The notes under the pieces were generated by a model. The model was given only the letters and a program-made list of their open reading frames with translations. It did not search any database and was not told the DNA's origin. From contig OZ242260.1 of the NCBI GenBank assembly GCA_965207065.1, positions 384,001-448,000 on the forward strand: a stretch of 64,000 nucleotides of DNA, given 5' to 3'. This document shows, piece by piece, positions 1 through 10,084 of the stretch. The position numbers and the translations under genes were made by a program. Every line of letters starts with the position of its first letter. Within the stretch, counting starts at the first letter, position 1. Source of the stretch: a bacterium (lineage in GTDB: Bacteria > UBA8248).

Positions 1-297
1 GAAGACGACGAGGGTCTCGATGGGCACGGCCGATTCAATCTGTTTCGTCATCACATCGAGATTGCTCAGCAATTCGACGCGCGTATCCTCGAGCAGGCGG
101 CTCGGAGAGATGGTGCCCACGAGTTCCGCGCCATAGCCGCCGTATTTGGCCGCGTAGTCGGGGTTTCTGGCCACGTGGATGGCCATGACTTCCGCGTTGC
201 GGTTCTCCCCGATCTCCGCCGCGACCTTGAGGACACCCCTGCTGAGGTCCGAGAAATCGACGGCTGCCAGTACTTTCTTGGGATCGTATATTCGCAT
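1..297 (-). CDS. Universal stress protein (5' part; runs off window)
   Basis: Manual translation MRIYDPKKVLAAVDFSDLSRGVLKVAAEIG..AEVMAIHV matches the Usp N-terminal pattern; GGAGG RBS upstream; not in the ORF track because it is truncated. Confidence 0.8.
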   Translation of the reverse strand, partial: MRIYDPKKVLAAVDFSDLSRGVLKVAAEIGENRNAEVMAIHVARNPDYAAKYGGYGAELVGTISPSRLLEDTRVELLSNLDVMTKQIESAVPIETLVVF

Positions 298-529
298 GGC
301 GTTTCCCTCCGATATGAAAAATGCACGATGTTGCATGCACAACCAACAAAAAGCGGAACCTCTGGAGGATCTGCGCCGGCTATCTTTTGTCATCCCCCGA
401 GAGGCCGGCGCGCTGCTTCAGGGGACTAGACTTCATCACGCCATCAACCCCCTATGATCTACTTCAAATATAGGCCCTCGCGGGCCATCTTTCAAGGGAA
501 AATTAAACGCCCGGGCGGCTCCGCCCGCT

Positions 530-1513
530 TCAATCGATCTCAACCACCACGTTCCCGACGTTCGTGAAACTTTCCATGATCTCATGCGCGGCGGCGGTGT
601 CTTCCAGCGAGAACCTCGCGCCGATGTGGTGGGTGAGCGCGCCCGCCCCGCACGCGGCGTTAATGTCCGCGCATGCCTGGGCGATGGCCGAATCCGGCAT
701 CGTGTAGACGAACACCATGCGGATGGCCGTGTTCTCGGGCATCATCTGGTACCAGGGCAGCGCCGGCTCGGGAACCCGCGTGGAGCCGTAGGCCGCGACA
801 GTTCCGTTTCCCTTGAGCACCTTGCGGGTGACGTCCAGGTTCTCGCCGAAATCCACTTCGCAAATCCTGTCCACGCCCGCCCCGCCGGTAATTTCCATGA
901 TGCGCTCCGCCGCGTCTTCATCGCGGTAGTTCACCACGTGGTCCGCGCCCGCATCGCGTGCGATCTCCGTTTTTTCATCATTGCTCACGGTGGCGATGAC
1001 CTCGGCGCCCCCCCACTTGCCGAGCTGCACGCCGTAGCGTCCCACGGCGCCCGCCCCGCCGGTGACGAGCGCGGTCTGCCCCGTGATCGGCCCGTCGAGG
1101 AACAGCGCCCTGTGGGCCGTCATCGCGGGAATCGCCAGGCACGCCCCCTGGGCGAAATCCACCGAATCCGCAAGGGGCACAGCCTGACGCTCGGGCACGA
1201 CGATGAACTCGGCCGCCGTGCCGTAGGCTCTTTGCCACTGGCCGTTGAAAATCCAGACGCGCTCGCCCACGCGGGAGGCGTCCACACCCTTGCCCACGCT
1301 CTCGATGACGCCCGCGCCGTCTGAATGCGGAATAACTCTCGGCCAGCTCATCTCGCCGCGGGAACCCAGGCGCGCCTTGTAATCGGAGGGATTCGCGCCA
1401 GAGGCGTAGAGCCTCACCCGCACTTCGCCTGAGCCCGGTTCCGGCGTATCTAGTTCACCGAATTTCAGCACTTCCCTGGCCGGGCCATACGCTTCATACC
1501 AGACGGCTTTCAT
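530..1513 (-). CDS. NADPH:quinone reductase (zeta-crystallin-like MDR family)
   Basis: NPSD, PHSDGAG and GGAGAVG nucleotide-binding motifs. Confidence 0.9.
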   Translation of the reverse strand: MKAVWYEAYGPAREVLKFGELDTPEPGSGEVRVRLYASGANPSDYKARLGSRGEMSWPRVIPHSDGAGVIESVGKGVDASRVGERVWIFNGQWQRAYGTAAEFIVVPERQAVPLADSVDFAQGACLAIPAMTAHRALFLDGPITGQTALVTGGAGAVGRYGVQLGKWGGAEVIATVSNDEKTEIARDAGADHVVNYRDEDAAERIMEITGGAGVDRICEVDFGENLDVTRKVLKGNGTVAAYGSTRVPEPALPWYQMMPENTAIRMVFVYTMPDSAIAQACADINAACGAGALTHHIGARFSLEDTAAAHEIMESFTNVGNVVVEID

Positions 1514-1564
1514 GATCTCTCCTTAAAATGGCTCTATCGTTAGGAATCACAAACTTCATAACCC

Positions 1565-1637
1565 GTAGGGGACGCATATATGCGTCCCGGATTCAACAGC
1601 CAACCAGCAAGAAGGGACGCAGGTCTGCGTCCCCTAC
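1565..1637. repeat. GTAG-type REP doublet
   Basis: GTAGGGGACGCATATATGCGTCCC ... GGGACGCAGGTCTGCGTCCCCTAC, inverted pair of palindromes. Confidence 0.8.
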
Positions 1638-1713
1638 AAAACCATTCAAATATTCCTCTTGCAGTGAACGTATTTTCATTTCACACGAAACGAATCCGCC
1701 GCCATGAAAGACC

Positions 1714-2832
1714 CTACGCCGCGGCGCGCTCGCGCTCTATCATCTCCTTGATTCGGGGGATCAGGTCGCGCGCGGCGCGGTGGCATTCCTCCACGTGGGG
1801 GTAGCCAGAGAGAATGAACTCGTCGATGCCCAGCCGCCAGTAGCCGAGAAGCTCTTCCGCGATCTGCGCGGGCGTTCCCACAAGTGCCGAGCCGCAGTTC
1901 ACCCGAACCTGGGAGATGCCGTTCCAAAGATGAGGCCCGACCCGGAAATCATCGAACGCGCGCGCCTGGGCGGCGGCGCCCACCATGCTCGTGCCGGCCA
2001 CCAGCGCGCCGCGCTGGGCTTTTACGGAATCATCCGCCCGGCTCAAAAGCTCGCGCGTCTCCTCCCATGCTTCGTCCTCGGTGTCGCGCATCACCAGATG
2101 GGAGCGCACACCAAAGACGGGCGTTCGCCCCGCCTCGGCGAAAGAAGCCCGGGCGCGCTCCAGGTGCTTTCTGGTCTCCTCCACCGGCCCTATCCAGCCC
2201 AGATATACGTCCGACTGCGTTCCCGCAAGCTTGAGCGCGGCGGGCGATGCGCCGCCGAGATAGAACTTTGGCGTCTCTCCCGCCGGGCCGGGCGAGCAGT
2301 GCACGCCGTTTAGCTTCACGAAATCCCCGTCGAAGCTGACAGGCTCAGGCCGCTCCCAGAGTTTTCGGATAGCGGCGATAAATTCTTCTGCGCGCTCGTA
2401 GCGCGTATCGTGGTCGATGCGCTCGCCCATTTTTTCGAACTCGCCCTTGATGCCGCCGGGCACGACGTTCAGATCCACGCGCCCGCCCGTAATCTGGCTG
2501 AGCGTGGCCGCCATCTGGGCGAAGAGGCCCGGGTTCACGAACCCCGGACGCACGGCGATCAGGAAGCGGATTTTTTCGCTTCGCGCGGCAAGGGCCGTCA
2601 CCATCGTCCAGGTCTCCGCCAGCGGCGCTCCCTGGTCGAAAAGCCCGTTGGCGAAGCGCGTGGGAATGAGCATGGAGTAGAAATCGTTCTCCTCCGCCGC
2701 CTTCACCACTTGGCTCAGGTATTCATACGTGGGCGGACGCTCGGCCCGCGTCGTGCCGATGTGCTCGCCGTCGCCGTCAATCGGGATGAACCAGTCGAAG
2801 CGCGGCTCCGGGCGTTCGTGATTGTTCGCCAT
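1714..2832 (-). CDS. LLM-class flavin-dependent oxidoreductase (SsuD-like alkanesulfonate monooxygenase)
   Basis: FDWFIP..GDG, FLIAVRPG, GGRVDLNVV and GIDEFILSGYPH motifs. Confidence 0.85.
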   Translation of the reverse strand: MANNHERPEPRFDWFIPIDGDGEHIGTTRAERPPTYEYLSQVVKAAEENDFYSMLIPTRFANGLFDQGAPLAETWTMVTALAARSEKIRFLIAVRPGFVNPGLFAQMAATLSQITGGRVDLNVVPGGIKGEFEKMGERIDHDTRYERAEEFIAAIRKLWERPEPVSFDGDFVKLNGVHCSPGPAGETPKFYLGGASPAALKLAGTQSDVYLGWIGPVEETRKHLERARASFAEAGRTPVFGVRSHLVMRDTEDEAWEETRELLSRADDSVKAQRGALVAGTSMVGAAAQARAFDDFRVGPHLWNGISQVRVNCGSALVGTPAQIAEELLGYWRLGIDEFILSGYPHVEECHRAARDLIPRIKEMIERERAAA

Positions 2833-2956
2833 GCGGAATTCCCCCCTACGTTTTCAGTATGAAATTCCGGCGATTCTAGTACAGATGTGGGGGAGGCGGA
2901 AAGGCGGGGGTGCTCCGCAGTTCCAATCGCTTCCGAACCTGCAATTCCTTCACACA

Positions 2957-2983
2957 GTAGGGTGGTTCGCGAACCGCCCCTAC
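2957..2983. repeat. GTAG-type REP
   Basis: GTAGGGTGGTTCGCGAACCGCCCCTAC palindrome. Confidence 0.7.
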
Positions 2984-3119
2984 CAAAGGGGGATATCCAT
3001 AAAGAACGGGGAATGAGGAAAGACTGCTTTTGATGCCCTTTTGACTTTTCGGTCCAAAATTACTAGTCTCTGTGTAGAGGACCCGTACTCTTTCTTACTC
3101 ACCAGAGGCGGGCGAGACC

Positions 3120-3602
3120 ATGCAAAAAATCTTCGATCATTTTAAAACCAACGCCGGCGTATGGACGTTTGGACTGTTCATGGCCGCGGTGGCGGGCGGT
3201 ATCTATCAATTCACGGTATTCATGGTCAGCGCCCAGGTCACGCCCGTCAAGGAGCGCGTTGACGCGGAAGTCAAGAGGCTCGACGCGGCGGACGGGAACA
3301 CGAACGTCTCAATCGCAGGCTTCGAGAAGTACATGGATGTGCGTTTCGATGGGTTGAAGAAAGACATACGGCGCAACGGAGAAAGAATAAGCCGCCTGGA
3401 CGAGAAAGTAGGTCGTCTGGACGAGAAACTCGACAGGAAAATCACCCTGCTGAATCAGAAGATAGACAAGCAAATAGAACTGCTGGACCATAAAATCGAG
3501 AAGAAATTCGACCAGTTGGATCAGAAAATAAGCCGCCTGGATGAAAAAATGGACAAGAAATTCGAACTCATTCTGCTGAGGCTGCCACCGCTCAAAAAAT
3601 AG
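3120..3602 (+). CDS. Membrane-anchored coiled-coil repeat protein
   Basis: N-terminal hydrophobic helix followed by RLDEK/LDQKI repeats. Confidence 0.7.
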   Translation: MQKIFDHFKTNAGVWTFGLFMAAVAGGIYQFTVFMVSAQVTPVKERVDAEVKRLDAADGNTNVSIAGFEKYMDVRFDGLKKDIRRNGERISRLDEKVGRLDEKLDRKITLLNQKIDKQIELLDHKIEKKFDQLDQKISRLDEKMDKKFELILLRLPPLKK

Positions 3603-3670
3603 TTTTCAGGATTCGATCAATGAGCACGTAAGACTAATGTGCGCTTACCTTCGAGTTTATTAGCTCTCCC

Positions 3671-4279
3671 TCAAACCAGGGTTTCGCTGAGCGATACGAG
3701 TTCATCCAGCGCGTCCCTCGCGAAGCGGCTCTGGAAGACGGCCTCGGCACCCGGTCCCAGATAGACGGCGCACAACGCGCCCCGCTCGCAGAGAATGATG
3801 GTGCTGAGAGGCCGCAAAACAATCGAGCCAACAGTTTCGTGCACGTCGGGCCGGTTGATCCAGCGCCTGAACGAGGCTTCTGAGTCCGCCGCCAGAGTGA
3901 GTTCCGAATCCCAAAGCGGATCGCCCGAGTAGAAGGTCTGATGATTCGGACTGGCGATTTCATTCTCCAGATAAGCGCGCTCGGGCGACTGCAGGCTCTC
4001 TTCTTTCTTGTGGATTCTGAACGAATGGGAAGCCGTGAAGGCGATCCCGACCCGCATTATGGCGGGGTTCCCGCCGCTTTGCGCGCGATACTCGAACCAG
4101 GCGCGCTTGCCCGAATATCCACCGCTCAGGCGACCTCTTTCGAGGCGGCTCCCCGCATCCAGAATTTCGACCAGCGGCTTCATGCGGCGGGTCAGCCAGA
4201 CGTCGCGGAAGAAAACGCAGTAGACGACCACGCCGAGAACCACCGCCAGAGCAAGCAGGCTCACGCCGTCGATCAGCAT
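3671..4279 (-). CDS. Hypothetical protein with N-terminal membrane anchor
   Basis: Hydrophobic N-terminus; overlaps the end of the upstream VOC gene. Confidence 0.6.
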   Translation of the reverse strand: MLIDGVSLLALAVVLGVVVYCVFFRDVWLTRRMKPLVEILDAGSRLERGRLSGGYSGKRAWFEYRAQSGGNPAIMRVGIAFTASHSFRIHKKEESLQSPERAYLENEIASPNHQTFYSGDPLWDSELTLAADSEASFRRWINRPDVHETVGSIVLRPLSTIILCERGALCAVYLGPGAEAVFQSRFARDALDELVSLSETLV

Positions 4280-4779
4280 TCACTTTTCCCAGCATCCCGC
4301 CAGGCGGGGCGGCTGCCGGGGAACATGTCCGAATCGTGAAACACCTCGATGCGGTTGCCGTCCGGATCCAGGAAATAGATGCCCTCGTGCCCGCCCCAAA
4401 GGCCGTTGCTCTCATCCAAGCGCAAGGGTCCCCAGACGACCTCGATGTCAGGGCGCGAGCGGATGTAGGCCACCGCGTCGTCGAACGCTTGCTGATCCGC
4501 CACCTCGAACGCCAGGTGGTGCAATCCTGTGTCGTGGCGCGGCACGGTGTCCTCGCCCTCCTCATCCACCCAGTCCTCGGGCACGCTGAATATCGCCAGT
4601 TGATGGTGGTAGTCGTCCAGATACATGAACGCCGAGCCGAACGGAGCCGCCGGGTGGCTGCCCGCCTCGTGGCGCGAGCGCAGCTTGAAGCCCAGGACTT
4701 CGGAGTAGAATTTTACGGCGCGCTCCAGGTCGCGCACCTTTATCCCCATGTGCTGCAGGCGGATGGAGCGAATCATCAA
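4273..4779 (-). CDS. VOC (glyoxalase/dioxygenase) family protein
   Basis: LQHMGIKVRDLERAVKFYSEVLG, GLHHLAFEV and YFLDPDGNRIE. Confidence 0.9.
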   Translation of the reverse strand: MMIRSIRLQHMGIKVRDLERAVKFYSEVLGFKLRSRHEAGSHPAAPFGSAFMYLDDYHHQLAIFSVPEDWVDEEGEDTVPRHDTGLHHLAFEVADQQAFDDAVAYIRSRPDIEVVWGPLRLDESNGLWGGHEGIYFLDPDGNRIEVFHDSDMFPGSRPAWRDAGKSEC

Positions 4780-5017
4780 AAGCCTCCCGAGAGAATGACC
4801 CGATAAACGATAGCGGCGCAGGATTCGGTTCGAGAATACGCCGTTTGCCCCTGAAAGTCATGGCTTTGTGCGCGTTGTGCAGGGCAGGTTCGTCACCGGA
4901 GCGCTTCAACACCCGCCATCGACTTGACGGAGCATGACGAGGCAGGATAAGGCTCGAGAACATCAACGCGCCAACCTCACCCTTTTACCGGACTCAAGCC
5001 GTGAGGAGATACTACTT

Positions 5018-6040
5018 ATGCAGATCGGCCTCCGTAGCGGACCCCAGAACGAATTCACGCCGATCCCGGAATATCTGAAATTCGTGCAACGCGCAGAAGC
5101 GCTCGGCTTCGATCCGCTGCTGTTCTCCGACACGGTTTCCCTGTCGCACTTCCACCTGCGTGATCCCTTCGTCGTCATGGCGCTTGCCGCCGGGGCAACC
5201 GAGCGCGCCGGGATTGGAACCGGTGTGACCGTCCCCTTCATCCGGCATCCGGCGGTCGTCGCCAATGCGTTCGGGTCGATCGATGACGCGATCGCCCCGC
5301 GGCGTACTTTTCTCGGGATCGGCTCCGGCGATACGGCGGTATACCTGCTCGGCAAGCGCGCCGCTCGTCTGGCGGAAATGCGGGAATACCTCTCCGTAAT
5401 TCGGGGGTTGCTGGGCGGCGAGACCGTAACCTACGAGGGTGCGCGAATGCGGTCCAACTGGCGGAAGCCGCATGTGCCGATCTGCCTCGCCGCCGACGGT
5501 CCGAAGATGCTGTCCATCGCCGGCGAATTGGCCGATGCGGTCATTCTCGGCGCGGGCGCGACGCCTGAGGTAATCGAGTGGGCGCGGGGCTGCATTGCGG
5601 AGGGTGAGGCGACCGCCGGCCGCGAACCCGGTCACCTGCCGATCTGGTTCGATTTCATCGTCAGCGTCGGCGAAGACCGCGACGCGGTTCGCCGGTCGAT
5701 TCGGGCGCGCCTGTGCAACCGTGCCAATCATAATTTTCGCATGGGCATTCATGCGGTGCCGGAAGAGCACCTGCCGGACGTACAGGCCTTTCGTGAGAAG
5801 TATGACGAGAGCGATGTAGGCCACAAGACAAAAAACGCAAGCCTGATTACCGATTACATGGTGGACCGTTTCGCTGTCGTCGGCACGCCGGATGACGTCG
5901 TCGCCCGCTTCGAAACGCTACAGGAGATAGGCGTGGAGAAGGTCATCGTGGCCATGCCTTTCCGGCTGGAAGAACGCTACGAAATTATCGAAACCCTGGC
6001 CCGTGAAGTCATGCCCCGCTTCGCGAAAACAGGCGCATAA
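5018..6040 (+). CDS. LLM-class oxidoreductase (Mer-like, possibly F420-dependent)
   Basis: GTGVTVPFIRHPAVVA, LGIGSGD, AADGPKML..AGELAD; GAGGAG RBS before ATG 5018. Confidence 0.85.
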   Translation: MQIGLRSGPQNEFTPIPEYLKFVQRAEALGFDPLLFSDTVSLSHFHLRDPFVVMALAAGATERAGIGTGVTVPFIRHPAVVANAFGSIDDAIAPRRTFLGIGSGDTAVYLLGKRAARLAEMREYLSVIRGLLGGETVTYEGARMRSNWRKPHVPICLAADGPKMLSIAGELADAVILGAGATPEVIEWARGCIAEGEATAGREPGHLPIWFDFIVSVGEDRDAVRRSIRARLCNRANHNFRMGIHAVPEEHLPDVQAFREKYDESDVGHKTKNASLITDYMVDRFAVVGTPDDVVARFETLQEIGVEKVIVAMPFRLEERYEIIETLAREVMPRFAKTGA

Positions 6041-6274
6041 GACCGCAGCGCAAGAAAATGAAAACAGAATAAATTAACCGGCGTCAAACTCCCTGCAAGA
6101 CTGCGTCGCCCGAACGAGAATAAGCCGTTCGCCCCTGAGAGTCATGGCTTTTGGCGGCCATCTCAACGCCCGATCCCCCCGCCGCTCTTGCCGATATCCG
6201 CCAAGTGGAGTATTCCATGAGGGCACAAGAAACCATATCGGTCGATTCCTGAAAAATCGTCTGTTTTTCCTTGA

Positions 6275-7075
6275 ATGGAGGTCTTCGCCTTGGGCATCAT
6301 CACGAACGAGACGAAAAGAAAATCCTACGCCGGAGAGGTCACCCTGGGCGCGGGCGTGCGCATGGCGCGAACGGTGGAGGTCGGCCTCGCCATGAAGGCG
6401 GCCGGCTTCGACTGGCTGTTCATCGACCTCGAGCACGGACCCTTCGACCTCGAAACCGCGCAGCAGATATCCATCGCCGCCCTGACTCAAGGGGTCACGC
6501 CGCTCGTGCGCGTAGCGTCGCTCGACGGACACTTGAGCACGCGCATTCTGGACAGCGGCGCGCAGGGCATCGTCCTGCCGCATGTGAACAACGCGCAGGA
6601 AGCTGAGGAATTCGTGAAAATCTGCAAGTTCCCGCCCGAGGGCGGACGCAGCGCGGGCGGGGGGCTGGCCCACGGCCGCTTCGAGGCTATCGGCGCAACC
6701 GAGATGCTGAGCGGCATCAACGACGAGACGCTCCTTGTCGCCATGATCGAGACGCCCGAAGCAGGCGATGAGGCGGACGCCATCGCCGCAGTGGATGGCA
6801 TCGACGTGCTGCTCATCGGCACGAACGATTTGAGCACGGGGATGGGCATCGTCGGCCAGCACGACCACCCCCGCGTCAACAAGGTATATGACCAGGTGAA
6901 CGCGGCATGTAAAAAGCACGGCAAGATAGCCGGCATGGGTGGGTCCTACGATCCCCAGATGATAGAGCGCAGGATCAAGGAGGGGATGCGCTTCATCCTC
7001 TCGGGTAGCGACCTCAACTTCATGATCGCAGGAGCCAAGACCCAGGCGGGCATGATTCGCGAACTCGCAGGCTGA
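6275..7075 (+). CDS. HpcH/HpaI aldolase family protein
   Basis: GFDWLFIDLEHG, LDSGAQG, MIET and LLIGTNDLS. Confidence 0.9.
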   Translation: MEVFALGIITNETKRKSYAGEVTLGAGVRMARTVEVGLAMKAAGFDWLFIDLEHGPFDLETAQQISIAALTQGVTPLVRVASLDGHLSTRILDSGAQGIVLPHVNNAQEAEEFVKICKFPPEGGRSAGGGLAHGRFEAIGATEMLSGINDETLLVAMIETPEAGDEADAIAAVDGIDVLLIGTNDLSTGMGIVGQHDHPRVNKVYDQVNAACKKHGKIAGMGGSYDPQMIERRIKEGMRFILSGSDLNFMIAGAKTQAGMIRELAG

Positions 7076-7138
7076 GGTTTTTCTCTAAAAATCGGATTCA
7101 ATTTTCCATCTATGCTTACGTGAAACTTAGGAGAGAAA

Positions 7139-7981
7139 ATGAAACTTCTGACCTATGAATCAGACACTGGCCCCCGCGTGGCCGTATTGACGGAAAACGG
7201 CGTGGAAGACGTCGTCCCCCATACGGGCGACGCAGCGGAAGTCATCGCCCGGGGCGGAACGCCCGAGACCAACGGGCAGCCAGTGGCGCTCGAATCCATT
7301 ACGATGCTTCCGCCGATAGCGAAACTCGCGCGGCCCGTCCTCGCCGTGGGCCTCAACTACAAGAAACACGCCGATGAGGGCGCGCGCAAATATGGACGCC
7401 CGGTGGGCGTCTACCCTGAGATTCCGGTGTTCTTCTGCAAGTGGTCGGGTTCGCACAACGGGCCGGACGGGGAAATCATCCTCCACGATAACGTGAACGA
7501 ACTCGATTATGAGTGCGAACTCGTCATCGTGATCGGCAAGGAGGGGATCAACATCCCGCTCGATGAGGCGATGGATCACGTATACGGCTACACCATCATG
7601 AACGAGGTCTCGGCCCGCGACGTGCAGCGCGCCCACAACCAGTGGTTCAAGGGCAAGGCGCTCGACAGCTTCGGCCCGCTGGGCCCCTGGATCGTCACCA
7701 GGGACGAGGCGGGCGACGGGAACAATCTGGCCGTAATCTCGCGCGTGAACGGCGGGATAAGGCAGAACTCGAACACGAACGACATGATCTTCGATATCGC
7801 CACCGTCGTCTCGGTGCTCTCGGAGAGCATGACGCTCGTGCCCGGCGACATGATCGCCACCGGCACGCCCGAGGGCGTGGGCTTCGCCATGGACCCCCCG
7901 GGACTTCTGAACGTGGGCGACGTGGTGGAGTGCGAGGTCGAGAACATCGGCGTGCTCAGGAGCACCGTCGTCGCGCCGTAA
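7139..7981 (+). CDS. Fumarylacetoacetate hydrolase family protein
   Basis: VGLNY, LDYECEL, NEVSARD, GKALDSFGPLGP and IATGTPEGVG. Confidence 0.92.
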   Translation: MKLLTYESDTGPRVAVLTENGVEDVVPHTGDAAEVIARGGTPETNGQPVALESITMLPPIAKLARPVLAVGLNYKKHADEGARKYGRPVGVYPEIPVFFCKWSGSHNGPDGEIILHDNVNELDYECELVIVIGKEGINIPLDEAMDHVYGYTIMNEVSARDVQRAHNQWFKGKALDSFGPLGPWIVTRDEAGDGNNLAVISRVNGGIRQNSNTNDMIFDIATVVSVLSESMTLVPGDMIATGTPEGVGFAMDPPGLLNVGDVVECEVENIGVLRSTVVAP

Positions 7982-8121
7982 GGGAATATTGATAGAGTCC
8001 CGAGTTCGTGATTCGGCGAATAGAGGTGACCGGAGAGTGGGGACGTAGAGACAACCCCCTGTGGTTGTCCCTACAAACCCTCTTTTTACAGGGATCCCAT
8101 ACGGGCTTTTTCAACAATCCC
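7982..8121. mobile_element. Degenerate MITE-like element with IS1182-like ends carrying a GTAG REP
   Basis: Left end GGGAATATTGATAGAGTCC, right end GGGCTTTTTCAACAATCCC; internal REP at 8045-8074; sequence after the left end (CCCGAGTTCGTGATTCGGCG) is nearly identical to that at about 10969. Confidence 0.6.
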
Positions 8122-8219
8122 CTAAGGCTGTGAAGCAGACGGGCTGACCGGCGTCTTCCAGTACGAGAACGTGAGAGCGTCCTTGACGCCCTGCGGAACC
8201 TCTCCCGGCGGATAGGGCC

Positions 8220-8720
8220 TTACGTCAGCGTCTGCTTGAGGTAGGGTACGAGGCCGCCCGCCTTCACCATGTCCATGATGTGGTCGGGCAGGGGTTCGGC
8301 TTGCAGCGTCTCGCCCTTGGTGAGGTTTTCGACCCTTCCCGCAATCGGGTCGACGCGGACGCGGTCGCCCTGCTCTATCGATTCCGCATCGGCGCAGATG
8401 AGCACGGGCAGTCCGATGCACAGCGAGTTTCTGAAAAAATTCCGCGCGAACGTCCGCGCGATCACGGCGCCCACACCCGCCTGTTTGATGCCTCGGGGGG
8501 CCGTCTCGCGACTCGAACCGCAGCCGAAATTCCCTCCGCCGATTATCATGTCGCCCGCCTGCACGTTTTTCGGGAAATCGGGGTCGATCCCCTCCATCGC
8601 GTGAGCGGCCAGTTCCTCATCCGGCAGGCTCGCGTATTTCGACGGCATGATGTAGCCCGTATCCACGTTGTCGCCGAACACCCAGGCGCCGCCCTCTATC
8701 GTTTGCGTCTCGTCCCTCAT
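8220..8720 (-). CDS. leuD: 3-isopropylmalate dehydratase/homoaconitase small subunit-like
   Basis: FGDNVDTGYI, GGNFGCGSSRE and FARNFFRN; ATGA overlap with the large subunit. Confidence 0.85.
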   Translation of the reverse strand: MRDETQTIEGGAWVFGDNVDTGYIMPSKYASLPDEELAAHAMEGIDPDFPKNVQAGDMIIGGGNFGCGSSRETAPRGIKQAGVGAVIARTFARNFFRNSLCIGLPVLICADAESIEQGDRVRVDPIAGRVENLTKGETLQAEPLPDHIMDMVKAGGLVPYLKQTLT

Positions 8721-9982
8721 CGGATGAACTCCCTCGGGTCGGCCACGCTGCCCTTGATTGCGCTCGCCGCCACCGTGGCGGCGGAAGCCAGGTATATCGA
8801 CGCCTCGAGGCTTCCCATGCGTCCCTTGTAGTTGCGGTTGGCCGAGGAGATGCACACCTCCCCGTCTCCGAGTTGTCCCGGTCCCCTGCCCGCGCAGACG
8901 CCGCACGTGGTGGGCAGGAGCACGCCGCCCGCGTCGATGAGCGCGCCGAGCGTCCCGTCCGCCATGGCCTTGCTCATGATGTCCTTGCTCGCAGGCGCGA
9001 TGAGAAGCTGAACCCCGTGGGCGACCCGCCTGCCCTTGAGCACCGCCGCCGCCGCCTGCAGGTCGAGGAGCTTCGCCCCCGTGCACGAGCCGATGTGCGC
9101 ACGATTGAGCGGAGGCGAGTCCACCTCCTCCACCGGGTATACGTTGTCCATCCTGTGGGGACACGCCACCTGGGGCGACAAATCGGTCACGTCGTATTCG
9201 TATGATTCGGCGTAGGTCGCATCGGAGTCTGAGCGCACGGCCTCCCAGCCGTCCTCCACGCCTGCGTTTTTCAGGTATTCCGCCGTCGCCTCATCCACGT
9301 CGATAATGGAGCTCTTCGCGCTGAACTCCGCCGCCATGTTCGAGAGCGTCATGCGGTCCTCCACAGGCAGCGCCATGAGCGCCTCCCCCTCGAACTGGAG
9401 CACCTTGTATTCCGCCCCGTCGACCTTGAGGTCCTTGAGCGCGAGCAGCGCCATGTCCTTTCCGTAAATCCCGGCGGGAACCCGTCCCTTGAAGTGTACG
9501 CGTATCGTCTCGGGCACGCGGAGCCAGACCTCTCCCTTGGCGAGCACGCCGATGCTCTCCGTCGGTCCGATGGCCACGCCCAGCGCCCCCAGCGCGCCCG
9601 TGTTGGTGGTGTGGCTGTCCGTGCCGGTGACGAGAACGCCCGGGCGCACGAAGCCCTTCTCGGCCATCAGGATGTGGCAGATGCCCTCCGCGTCATAGAA
9701 ATGGGAGAGCTCCTGCTCGGCCGCCCAGGCTCTGGTGACGTTCAGCACCCTGGACTGTGAATCGCCGGTGGGCGGGTTGTGGTGGTCGGCCGTGAGCATG
9801 AAGCGATCCTTGTTCCAGATGGGAAGGCCCAGATCGGCGAAATCCTTCCCCATGCGGAACGGCCCCTGGTTGTCGTGCATGACGTGGGCGTCGACCTTGG
9901 CCCATACGATGTCGCCCACGTCTACGCGCTCACGCCCGCTGGCGCGGGCCAAGATTTTCTGTGTGGCGGTATCCCCGGACAA
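8717..9982 (-). CDS. leuC: 3-isopropylmalate dehydratase/homoaconitase large subunit-like
   Basis: GICH, GTDSHT, IGSCT, CGVCAG and NRNYKGRMG; TTG start after AGGAG. Confidence 0.85.
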   Translation of the reverse strand: MSGDTATQKILARASGRERVDVGDIVWAKVDAHVMHDNQGPFRMGKDFADLGLPIWNKDRFMLTADHHNPPTGDSQSRVLNVTRAWAAEQELSHFYDAEGICHILMAEKGFVRPGVLVTGTDSHTTNTGALGALGVAIGPTESIGVLAKGEVWLRVPETIRVHFKGRVPAGIYGKDMALLALKDLKVDGAEYKVLQFEGEALMALPVEDRMTLSNMAAEFSAKSSIIDVDEATAEYLKNAGVEDGWEAVRSDSDATYAESYEYDVTDLSPQVACPHRMDNVYPVEEVDSPPLNRAHIGSCTGAKLLDLQAAAAVLKGRRVAHGVQLLIAPASKDIMSKAMADGTLGALIDAGGVLLPTTCGVCAGRGPGQLGDGEVCISSANRNYKGRMGSLEASIYLASAATVAASAIKGSVADPREFIR

Positions 9983-10084
9983 GAGGTTCTCCTTCAATAT
10001 GGGGGTGCGAAAAAACGATAGTCTTGTATACTCGACTTGTCGCACACTATCAAACGAGAAACAAGATTTGAGGATGCAAGTTAA

